Assembly (NCBI GenBank): GCA_977017645.1
Contig: OZ360250.1
Coordinates: 15,376,001-15,440,000 of the forward strand
Source of the DNA: Torpedo marmorata
Taxonomy: Eukaryota
Direction of reading: 5' to 3'
DNA length: 64,000 nt
Notes under the pieces: model-generated
Database searches by the model: none
What the model was told of the DNA's origin: nothing
Seen by the model: only the letters and a program-made list of their open reading frames with translations
Position numbers and translations under genes: made by a program
Shown here: positions 13,091-24,535 of the stretch, one piece after another
Position numbering within the stretch: position 1 is the first letter of the stretch
Layout: each line of letters starts with the position of its first letter

Positions 13091-16000
13091 GGCTTTCTGT
13101 CAGTATTGCATACGAGTTAAACATCAAATTGACCTTTCGAGTTGTGGGACCATATTCGTAACACGTGTGTGACTGCTCAGCCAAGTTCGAGTTTAGTGTA
13201 CATGTGCACGACTCTGGTGATAGGAGTTTTTAATAGCGAACGACTAGGTGAGCATACTTCATAGACACCAATCTTTGACAGGTCACGATTATCAACAAAG
13301 CACTAAAAAGGATTGCAGTCAAATTGCTTGAGCACATTTAAATCCCATCCTGTCAACAGAAGAGTCTCTATCCAAGGACAGTATCTCCCAGATAACTAGG
13401 AAACAAGGCAGGAACAATCTTGGATAAACTGCCTAGATGGAAGTAGGCTTCTTGAAATCCTGGTTAGACTTTCATAACACGGACGAAAGTGATGCAGGTG
13501 TGACACGCGGGCAAATAGACTTCCTGAGAATTGTGCAAATAATATGTTCTGGAAGATTATGTTCCATGGCAACAACTGAAACAAAGAGAGGCCTCCAGGT
13601 AAACTGCTTGTCTGGTTGTGACATAGGGAAAATATCCAACCTGCAACAGGCTGTTCCTTCCCCAAACCACGAACTAACCCAATTTCTGCTGGATGCTCCT
13701 GTGCTGGGTCGTGTGCCCAGCGGCTGGCGAAGATACTTACTGCACGCCTTGCATGGTGTGAGTTGGCGATGCCTTGTGCGTGTTTGCAGGAGTGGCGCTC
13801 GTGCTGACCTCTCCCACGTGTGACTTTCCTCCTGCCTCCATGTCATCATCGATTGCTCCATTTCCTGAAGCCCTTGACATCTAATTCCTTCATCCTACTG
13901 ACACCCACCCCCTTCCGCCCCAGAAGGGCTCTATTTATCAACAACGAGGTGGCACTGATCTTTTTAACCATCAATCACTAATTTTTTTATTGTCAAGCAA
14001 TGCATTGGTCACCAATGATTCTCAGTCGATGTAAATTTGCTTGTATTTTCCATCACTTAAAGTCCATTCTCCACTGCTAAGTAAATCCACGTAATCTTAG
14101 AATGGGTTGACAAACACAAATCTGTCACATTTTGCACTTTTTGTGTGAAAACAATTGTTACAAACTCATGGATCAAAGGTGGTGACTGTGATTTCCTGGG
14201 ATGTGTAACGCAATGGGCACAGACAAGCGTTATGTGTCCACAACACCACTTCACACAGACCCAGCATGGAAAGCCACTAAGCCTGAGTCTTCTTGTCTGT
14301 CTGAGGTTTCCATACAAGACATGCATGTTTGTGTGTGCATGTTTGCCCCAAATACTGTTGACTCGATGATCGGGGAGCAGGGGATTGGGTTTTGTGTGTC
14401 ACTGAGCTGTGTTCCCATCTGTCTGTGTGTTCTCGCTTTCCTGTTGTCGAGCCCGTTTGCACTTTACTGTGTCGCTGTTGTTACTCTGCAAACCCATTTT
14501 CTGCACGGGCTTTGGAAGGTGGCAGCTGATGGCGCAACTCCTTAATCATCTGCTTCAAGCATCTTGGTGGCGCTTGAAGGCTCCTCCTTAGTTTTCCCTT
14601 CTTGAGAAGGCAAACGCAACAAAGCAGTCCGAGAAAGCCGGGCAATCTTTCTGAGCTCTGTGATGAAAAAAACGGTTAAACTCCCTGACCGTCGACCCCG
14701 CCCCCCCCCCCCCCCCCCGACCCTGGTGTCATTTCTTCCAAGAAAGGATTGCCACTAAGTCTGTTTCGGAGTAGGGGCAAGATTTAAATTGGACTTTGGT
14801 GTGGAGTCCAGCGAACACAATGTAACGGTTACCTTGGAGGATTAGATTAGCTTTGGGAGACAAAGATAACATAATGTAACTTATAAAATGAGCAGCTCCA
14901 GCCAAAGGTGGCCCCGGAACCATGTGCGCGGACTTGGAGGGACCCTTCTTGCAGTTTAGTCCTCGGTTTAAAGGCGAAGTGATGGGTTTGGGGATTGGAG
15001 CCAACTCGTCGAGACTCCAATTCCACCCCAAGCATGTGGGGGGAAGGAAGCTCTTCCCTTCTCGCGCTCCAGGTGCTTTCTGTGCGAGCTTCTCCTCTGG
15101 TCTCGGGCACGGTTTGCTCTGCTTTCCTGAAGCACGTGCGCGCGACTCTGACATTTTTTTTCTCTCTCTGATGCTTTAACAGTCCGCTTCTCTGTGCATG
15201 TTGGAGGGTGGGGGGTGGTGTCTAATGTTTGCTGTGATGCACTTGCTGTCTGTCCCATGATCCCACTTGATGATCCAGTCTGCATTAACAAGTCAACCCG
15301 CCCTTCCCCTTGGGACACCGTTATTTCCCTATGTTAAAACTGCAAGCAGACTCCGATGAGATTAAGCTGGAGCCCGCTCTATGTGGGACCTGCCTCTAAC
15401 TGCAGTGGCTGAGAAAGAAAATATGGCTTTACCTGCCTCTAAAATAGTTGTGAACTAAAATCAGCATGAAATAAGCTGTCAACTTTATCACCTTTCCTTT
15501 CCGCAGCCGTTGTCTCTCTCTGTAGTTTTGTCTTTTTCCTGCCGTGAATAATGCTGGCTTTTGCAGTACCTCTTCTGTGGACTACGTCCTACTATTTCTT
15601 GGCTTTGTGTTTCAAACTTGCAGCTTTGCCCGCAGTAGAATCTAGTCTTTTTACAAACTTCGCCCCAGGTTTGGAAAAGTCTCACTGCTATTACTGCGGG
15701 GGTGGGGGGATTGGGGGTGGGGGGGCGTTGAAACGTTATCTCCCTGTTAAATTGGTCAGGTGCTGCGATGGGGATAACGGTGAGTCCACTTTTTGTAAGT
15801 CGAGGCAAGAGGCAGGGGTGAAAAGGAGCAGCAAAGACACTTGGAGAGCCACCCGCTCTGAACACACAATGCAGCAAGGTTGACGGGAGACTGAGGAAAG
15901 CTTGAACTAGGCCATCCCCTCCAGTGACTCGAGAAGTGTGATTGATGAAGCTGTTTGAGTAAGAATATAAAAAATTGGGAACTACTGGTCAACAAGTGTG

Positions 16001-16619
16001 TTCAGCAGAATCAGCTGCATTAAGTCTGGAGTGGGGATGTTGTAATTCACAAGCTGGAATCCTAGCCCATTGTGAAGTTGTCCAGGACCAGGAACCTGGG
16101 GGCTTCTCTGAGATATTACATCTGGATGTGACATCTTGCAGGCCAGTCACAAAGCACAACCAATTCCCACAGCTCAGGAGTGTGCCCATTTTAACTTGTT
16201 CAGACATAAATTCAAGGCGTAACTGAACAGAAGCAGGGAATTTCAGTTCCAATGCTGGGATTCTCCAGCGCCCAGGCTGAAGGCAGTGTTCGAGGCCAGT
16301 GATTGTGGGTGAAGGTTGTGCATATTTCCACAGGCCCGGCACCCTGTGTTGGGAGGCCGGCCCTCCCCTGTGCTTTATGGGCTCGACAGGACGGGGATAT
16401 AGCACGAGCTACACATTGGTGCAGCCGATGCACTCTCTGCCTCGTCGGTCCAGTCACCCAGGTTTGATCTTGACCTCGGCCTGCTGTCACTGAGGAGGCT
16501 GCACGTTTACCCTGTGTGACTGCCTAGGTCTCCCCGGAGGCTCCGGTCCCTTCCCACATCCGAACCAGTTGGAGGTCTCTCTCTCTCACTCCTCAACCCG
16601 AAATGTCGATTGTCCATTT

Positions 16620-17000
16620 AGAGTCCCAGAGTTGCACGGAGCAAATTATCCATACCAGCCAAGCTGGCATTCTGGACTAGTCTAATTTGTCTGCATTTGG
16701 ACCCTTGTCATCCATAAATCTCTGAGTTGTGCCCACTTCTCCAATTTCCTCTGGCAGCTCATTCCACATACAGACTACCTCTGGGTGACAATATTGCCCT
16801 GAGGTCCCTCTTAAATCTCTCACCTTAATCCTACGCCCTCTAGTTCTAGAATCATCTACCCTGGGAACAGGACCGTGAATATCCCTCTCATGGTTTTATG
16901 AACCTTGATAAGGTCACCCCTCAACCTCATACACTGCAGGGCACAAAGGCCCGGCTGATCCAACCTCTCCCTATAACTCAAACCCTCCAGTCCCGGCGAC
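16620..17000 (-). mobile_element. Old degenerate CR1 3' fragment
   Basis: Recognisable CR1 3' motifs (ggcagctcattccac, gtccctcttaaatctctcac, ataaggtcacccctcaacctc). Confidence 0.6.
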
Positions 17001-17470
17001 ACCCCTCCCTCCACAGATGCCATGCACCAATATGCTGGAGAAACTCAGCAGCTCACGCAGCATCCACGGGAAGTAAAAGGGTAACCAATGTTTCAGGCCT
17101 GTAAAAACGGGGAGATGCTTGAATAAAAAGGCTCCACATGTGCTCCTCGATCTGCTGAGTTCCTCCAGCAGTTTGTATTGCCCCTAATATGTGGTAGAAT
17201 CAGTGTGGGGTGAGGGGGGGAGTTGATGGGGATGTTAGAAGAATAGAATGGGATTAGTCTGGGTCGATGGTCAGCACGGACTCCATGGGCTGAAGGGTTT
17301 ACTTCCCTGCTGTATCACTGCTTACAAACTGAATTCAGCCATTGTTAAATTTGCTCCTTCAGAGTGCTGCTTGTGAAGCGGGGTGGAGTCCTCCTCCCCT
17401 CTCCCAACAACCACTCACTGGTATGTCAGGTACACATGCCTCAGTGTCCCGTTGCTCCGCAGAATCTTCA

Positions 17471-17761
17471 GTGATCACCACTGACACAGAGCCGACACCG
17501 TCCTGACCCAGTGACGGTGCCCTTGCCCTTGCTCTGCTCTGGGTGTTCAGAGCAGGTGGCCCTCCAAGTGATCACCACTGACACAGAGCCGACACCGTCC
17601 TGACCCAGTGACGGTGCCCTTGCCCTTGCTCTGCTCTGGGTGTTCAGAGCAGGTGGCCCTCCAAGTGATCACCACTGACACAGAGCCGACACCGTCCTGA
17701 CCCAGTGACGGTGCCCTTGCCCTTGCTCTGCTCTGGGTGTTCAGAGCAGGTGGCCCTCCAA
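17471..17761. repeat. Tandem triplication of a 97-bp unit
   Basis: gtgatcaccactgacacagagccgacaccgtcctgacccagtgacggtgcccttgcccttgctctgctctgggtgttcagagcaggtggccctccaa starts at 17471, 17568 and 17665; copies appear identical. Confidence 0.95.
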
Positions 17762-20589
17762 GCTTCTTTGCTGCTCCTTTTCATCTCTCGCGCCTTCCTG
17801 TGGGGACACCGCCACCATCGCTGCAGAACCTCACCTGTTGTCGGCAGGTGTAGTGTCTGGAAGGGGTTGCAAGAGAGCTGGCAGCAACCCGGATACCCCG
17901 TTTGGAGGGGGGGGGGAGGGTGGGCTGTGGGTGCTGTGAGTGTGTTCGGTATCACCGTGTGTAGATCCCCTGACACTGTATGACTCGTGGGGGAATCCAA
18001 CAGCCGCGACTTCCCCAGGTATGATCCCATTCTCACTGTTGCTGAGGGCAGGTCTCCACACCAAGTAACCAGAACAAGCATCGGTGCTGAGTGTGGAGAG
18101 CCCCTCCACTACTGCAGTGGGAAGGAGACACCAGCTTCTCCATTGGCCAGACAACCTTGATCTCTCTCTCCCTCTCTTGCAAGGACCTGTTTGAAGAGAC
18201 CCAATGATCACCTAATTCTTCCAGCACTGGGGTCCATCTCCTGGAGTGTAGTGCAGCACAGAGCTCTCTCTGGGTTGCTGAGTGAAAGGGGGCTGGTGTC
18301 TGAGTTATGGTTGTTTTTTGTGAAAAGCAATATGCAGCTCCCTTGGGTGGTCGAACACAGTTCATCCATGAGCTTGTTCCAGTGTGATATTTTGCACCGT
18401 TCTTTTAACGGCAAGACTCCCGGAGATGTCCGAGACACAATAGTAGGTCAGTTGTTGGAAATTAGCAAGACCAGGAATCAAATATTGAAGTGGTGTTTTA
18501 TCCGACCTGTTTAACATGTACAGAGAGCAGGTCTATCTCCGTCAGCAGGATCTTGTTGGGGCCAGAATCTTTGATTGCTGCAGTGTTTCTAGTCTGTGCT
18601 GTAGCTAGTACTGTCTGTCTGTGTGGAGCTGTCCTGTGTCTGAGTGCGGTCTGTCTGTGTTCCAAGGCTGTTGCTAGAAGATGATAGCTTTTCACTCTGG
18701 GGTGCTGTCTCAGTGAAAACCTCATCCTGGCGACAATCTCCTCCCGTATCTTTATTGATCCGCAACTTCCCCCAAGTTTGCAATTGTGCAATCCGCAGAT
18801 GTGCTTCAAAACGATGGTCTAGGGCAGTGGAGAAAACAGCCAGGCCTGAGTGAAGGTCTTTCAAAGTGAATGGGAAGGAGCCTGTCGATCGCTCTCACCA
18901 CAGCCCGAGACCAACCACCCAGAATTCTAGCAACAGCCTTGTGCTTTCTGTTCCCGTTGTTCTCTGTCGCAGCCATACCACCTCACACCCACCACATTTC
19001 ACGGCCCCTTCACTTCCTCTCCAACACACGACCAGGTAGTTTACTTAGCAGTGGAGGGTGGGGTAGACAGGCAGGAACCCCCCCGCCCCCCCCAAAGGCC
19101 TCAATGCTGCTGCAAGCCTGAACACCTGCTGACACCTCGGTGCCTTTCCTGGCTGTGGATTTTCTTCCAGTGAACCTCACCACCTTAGAAATAAACTGAG
19201 CCTCAAATACCATCTTTGGAGAGTGTGTTTTCTGTGTGTCAACTAATCCAGTGTTTGCATGGGAACTGCACGCCACACAGATTCACCACCTTTGTTTTGA
19301 TTCATCAGATTTTCTTGGGATGGTTGCCTGCGTGCTTTGCCTCGTTGCCAACACCCCGGCATCCTGATGCGGCACCAAAGTGTGTGTTTCACTTCCCACT
19401 GGCACGCTTAACCGAGGCACAGTCCCGTTCGGCTCTCCACTCACATCTGCACCGGTGCGAGCAGGGAGCAAAGGCCTCCGTGGCCCACACACTGAAGTGT
19501 CCTTCCCTTGGTGAGAGGCGACTGAAGGTGGATCCTCAGAGATAAACTGGAGGCCTAGCGTCTTTCTAAAGGAGAAGTCATTTGTCCACTGTTCACATCC
19601 AAAGTCATCGTTGGAGATCGGTAACTCTGGTGAATTTTCAAACCATGGCTCCACTCATCTTCTGCCTCATCTTGGGACTCTGCAGCGATGGGGCAAAGCT
19701 TCTGTTGACTTAGTGAGGTGCTAAATCTGTCACCACTCACTTCATGGTGCTGCAGGACTCTTGCACAGTGTTCCGACAGCCGAGACCTCCCTGAGGTTTG
19801 TTCCTTGTGACACTGTTGTCTTGTGCAGGTCTCTACACAAAGTCGCCTGAACTAGCATCGGTGCTGATGTCAGTGAGAGAGTGTGTACAGTTCGCTAACC
19901 ACTGCAGTGGGAAGGGGACGACAACTACTCCACTGGCCGGACAGGCTGGGACCAGCATCGCTGGGAGATTATGATTCCAGCAGCATAACTCTGGAAGAAT
20001 GTTGATTCCAGCATTCCCACTTCTCTATTTTAAAGGTGGTTCCTATATCTGCGATAGACTCAAACTTTAGATGAATAATATTGTGGCAGGAGAGGGTGAC
20101 ACCTAAACTCTGCTGCATAACCGCTGCTGGGAGGTGTCTGAGCTGGAGAAAATCCTCGCTGCATTAGCGAGTGTGGTAATTGGTGCCTAATCAGTCATTC
20201 CAGCCAGACATGAACTTTAACCTCTCCCCGGCATTGAAGGTCTTGTGGTTAATCAACTGGGAGACCTTGGGCAGATATGGGAATGAATCCATCGCGCTAA
20301 AACGTGCCGTTCTTGCTCTGTCATCTCTCTGCTCCACAGAACGGGACCCGACAGCTCACTTGCCACGTGCTGTTGTGAATCAGGAAGACCGTTTGCAGAA
20401 ATATTCCATCTCCACCCACTCTGGTGACAGTCTTGGTCATCAGGAGGTCCTGTTCCGTAATTGCTGCTTCACTGCGTGTCTCTTCACCCACCTCCCTCTC
20501 CCTGTCAGCCCAAAGGAGTGCAGCGGGGAATCTGCCCGAAACGGGGTGCACGCGCAGTCCTTATGGCCTGTATCCACGTTTGTGTCGGT

Positions 20590-20862
20590 TTCTCTGGCTT
20601 TCTCTACCTGTTTACCCCTCTTTCTCTCTCTCTCTACCTCTCTCACTCACTCTTCCTCTCCCTATCACTCTCTCTCCCTCTCTCTACTCTCTCTCTCTAC
20701 CCCCTCTCTCCCCACCTCATCACTCTAACCCTCTCTATCCCTCCACCCCCTCTCTCTCTGCCTCTCTCTCCCTCTCTTCCCCCTTTCTCCCTCTTCCCCC
20801 CTCTCTCTCCCTCTCTCTCCCACACCCCGAGCCCTCTCCTCCCTCTGCTCATTTTCTCTATT
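20590..20862. repeat. CT-rich low-complexity tract
   Basis: Degenerate (CT)n. Confidence 0.85.
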
Positions 20863-21024
20863 TCAGATAGCTTGCTAATAGTGTGAGGTGAGTGAAACAA
20901 TTGAGGGGCCTTGCCTGTATATATCATTACCTACCATGGAAGCTGAGACCTGCTGAGTTCCTCCAGCATTTCTGTGTGTTTACTATGACAGTATTATTAA
21001 TAATGTGAGCTGCATTGCAGTTGT

Positions 21025-21975
21025 GAGAGTCCCCCTCCTGTGGGTGATAGTCCCCCAGCCCCGTGCTGTGTGTGAGAGTCCACCTCCCCCCATGGGTGGG
21101 TCACCTCCCTCGTGCTGTGGGTGAAGGTCCCCCTCCCCCGTGCTGTGTGTGAAGGTCCCCCTCCCCCGTGCTGTGTGTGAAGGTCCCCCTCCCCCGTGCT
21201 GTGGGTGAAGGTCTACCTCCCCCATGCTGTGGGTGAAGGTCTACCTCCCCCGTGCTGTGAGTGATGGTCCACCTCCCCCGTGCTGTGGGTGAAGGTCTAC
21301 CTCCCCCATGCTGTGGGTGAAGGTCTACCTCCCCCGTGCTGTGGGTGAAGGTCCACCTCCCCCGTGCTGTGGGTGATGGTCCCCCTCCACCGTGCTGTGG
21401 GTGAAGGTCTACCTCCCCCATGCTGTGGGTGATGGTCCCCCTCCACCGTGCTGTGGGTGAAGGTCTACCTCCCCCATGCTGTGGGTGAAGGTCTACCTCC
21501 CCCATGCTGTGGGTGAAGGTCTACCTCCCCCGTGCTGTGGGTGAAGGTCCACCTCCCCCGTGCTGTGGGTGATGGTCCCCCTCCACCGTGCTGTGGGTGA
21601 AGGTCTACCTCCCCCGTGCTGTGGGTGATGGTCCCCCTCCACCGTGCTGTGGGTGAAGGTCTACCTCCCCCATGCTGTGGGTGAAGGTCTACCTCCCCCG
21701 TGCTGTGGGTGAAGGTCTACCTCCCCCGTGCTGTGGGTGATGGTCTACCTCCCCCGTGCTGTGGGTGAAGGTCTACCTCCCCCGTGCTGTGGGTGAAGGT
21801 CCACCTCCCCCGTGCTGTGGGTGAAGGTCCACCTCCCCCGTGCTGTGGGTGAAGGTCCCCCTCCCCCGTGCTGTGGGTGAAGGTCCCCCTCCCCCATGCT
21901 GTGGGTGAAGGTCCCCCTCCCCCGTGCTGTGGGTGATGGTCCCCCTCCCCCGTGCTGTGGATGAAGGTCTACCTA
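21025..21975. repeat. 28-bp minisatellite, about 33 copies
   Basis: Unit cccccgtgctgtgggtgaaggtctacct with a few interspersed variant types. Confidence 0.95.
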
Positions 21976-23602
21976 GCCTCACCTCCTGAACACCCACACG
22001 GGTAACAACCCATTATCCATAGCGCGCCTCGAGTTTCCTCGTGGTGGCTACACAGCGAGCACCGGCATCACATCGAATCCCAGGACGTCACTGCTGGTGT
22101 AGCGCCAACATCCAGGCCAATGTCCCTCCGTGGCCCCATCCGTCCTCTTGAGGTTTTTCCCTGAGGCGAATTCCGGAGACGTATGTGGAACCAGAGGGTT
22201 CATGGTTTACTGCTCAGCTCCTTTCCACCTCTTCACATGCCGCAGGATGAAGTCTTCACCGACTTCTTCTTCATCCACTGGATGTCAGCCTCCCTGAGGT
22301 TCTGCGTTCTCCTGTCCTCTTCAATATCCATCTCATCACCGGGGGTTACTGGTAAAACAATGGCACGATTAACAGTGTTTGCGAATGGTGAACAACACCT
22401 CATGGACTTATTGAAGACAGGGTGTTGCCAACGAGACTTCCAGCAACGTGGAAGTTGTCCAGAGCAAGTACGCTGCAAGAATCATGCCTTTATTTCACTC
22501 CGTACAAACCTCCCTTGTAATTTGGGCATTTAGAAGACCGTGAAAAGTTCCTTGTTAAAGACTTATAAGTCAACAGGAAGTGACAGGAAGACGAGGAGAA
22601 TCCAAGCAGTGTGCTGGAAAGGGACAAGAAATATCTTGGCTCGGGTAAGATGGGGTGACTAATACATTCCTGGGTATTGTGGCTGTTAGATCAGTGAGCA
22701 AAGGAAATTGACAGAAGCAAAGTGAGAATATCGGTTTATTGTCATATGCATAAGTACAGTGCACAGATGCACTGAAATTCTTGCTGCAAACTACAATAGT
22801 TTAGTGGCATATAGTATAGCAGCTGTGGAGGCCAGGTCGTTGGGTGTATTTAAGGCAAAGATTGATAGCTATCTGAATAGTCACGGAATCAAAGGTTATG
22901 GGGAGAAGGCAGGGGAGTGGGGCTGAGTGGGAGAATGGATCAGCTCACGGCGGAGCAGAGTCGATGGGCCGAATGGTCTAAATGAAATATCCACGATATG
23001 CCTGAGATAGTAAAAGAGATAATAAGTATGAAAGGATATATAGATGTTCACAGTTGCAGTCAGTGCAAACACAAGTAAGTGGGAGATGAAGGTTGGTTGA
23101 GAGTGCTGAGCTTGGTGGTGGAGTCCAGGATTGTACGAAGGCACACGTTACGAAGGCACACGTTGCCAAGACGGTGCAATTTCGGTCTGTCGGGCAGGGT
23201 ATCGTCCGCGCGTCGGGACCAGTTGGTCGAGCTCCCGCCCCTTGATCTTTGTCAGTCTTTTATAATTTCGCTGATTCGAGACAGAGGTCTGGTCCTGTGC
23301 GCTGTACAGCTGATGTGTTTGTATAGGCGTGGGTTGTAATGTTGTGCTCCAGTGCTCAGAAGGTGAGGACGACACTGAATATGACTGCATCTGCTCCCAC
23401 TCATCACGGCCACTGGTTCTTGTCGTCTCCTTTAGGAGTCAGAACCTGTTGCTCATGAGTGTATGCAGCCACCCTTCCTGGGGTCAGTACCCATGTTCTG
23501 GGTAATGCTCAAGGGATGAAATAGATGGTCAGGACACAGGAGTACCAATGGTTGCTTCAGGAAGCACCTCCAGACCCTATACACAAAACAAAAAAATAGA
23601 AC

Positions 23603-24025
23603 ATCTGTCCACGGCCTCATGCACTGCCACACCAAGGAGAAGCAACACCTAATGTTCGTCTGGGCACTCTCCAACCGGATGGCATTAACATCGACTTTTC
23701 CGGTTTCTGATAGACCACTCCCCGTTCTCCCTCTCTTCCCCATCCCTCTGTCTCCTTTCCTCCAGCTCTCCACCCCTTCCTTCCATTCACAGAGCCACCC
23801 CCCCTTCTCGTTTGCTGGTGTCCCATCCCTCCCTTATCCACCTATTACCTCCTGCCTGTGGGCCTGTTCTCCTCCCCCTGCCCCTACCCCCCCCCCCTAC
23901 CATTTTGTTCAGGTGCCTGCATACCTTGATGAAGGGCTCAGGCCTGAAACGTTGGTTACGCATCTTTATCTTTGCTACATAAAGTACACTGACCAGCTGA
24001 GTTTCTCCAGCATTGTGTTTTTACT
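23603..24025 (+). mobile_element. Penelope-like element 3' fragment (end of GIY-YIG ORF, 3' UTR, hammerhead-like motif)
   Basis: Encodes ...QHLMF.LGTLQPDGINIDFSGF* in shifted frames. Same family as 46410-47000. Confidence 0.8.
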
Positions 24026-24535
24026 TGTTGCTTCAGGGATGATTGATTCGAGGTGTTACAGTGGGACATGGTCGCTCTGGTCAGCTGAACCTGTTATCAG
24101 GAGCTGAGTCTAGCTGAGAGTACTGGAATTTGCAAAGAGCAGGTCCCACTGGACAAATCTCCCAACTATGTTACTCTTTTCTGAGGAGCATCGGGAGTTA
24201 GAAACCAGTACTCTCAAACCAGAGTTGTGAATTAACGAGGATGTAGGAAGTGAATTGGATTAAGTGTGCCTGCAATATTAAAAGTTCCAGTTGGCTATTT
24301 TAGATGGGGTTTGAAGGGTAAATCTTCACGGCTGTGAACTGCAATGGGTGTTCTGTGGGAAGATGAAGGTTTCGTGAGTCCTCCCATTCCGAATCCTGGG
24401 AGCTCTCTGCCGTTCAATAACAAGGTGTTTTGAGCTAGTTTTACTTGTCGAGAATAATGCAGGAACTGCACAAAGTAGGCACCAGTTACAGAAACCAGTG
24501 ATCCAGATTCTCCTGGCTGGGTTTTCAAGACCGTA

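Noticed and set aside
21025-21975. CRISPR-like array or His/Gly-rich ORFs
   Set aside because: Contiguous tandem units with no unique spacers, vertebrate context, no cas genes.
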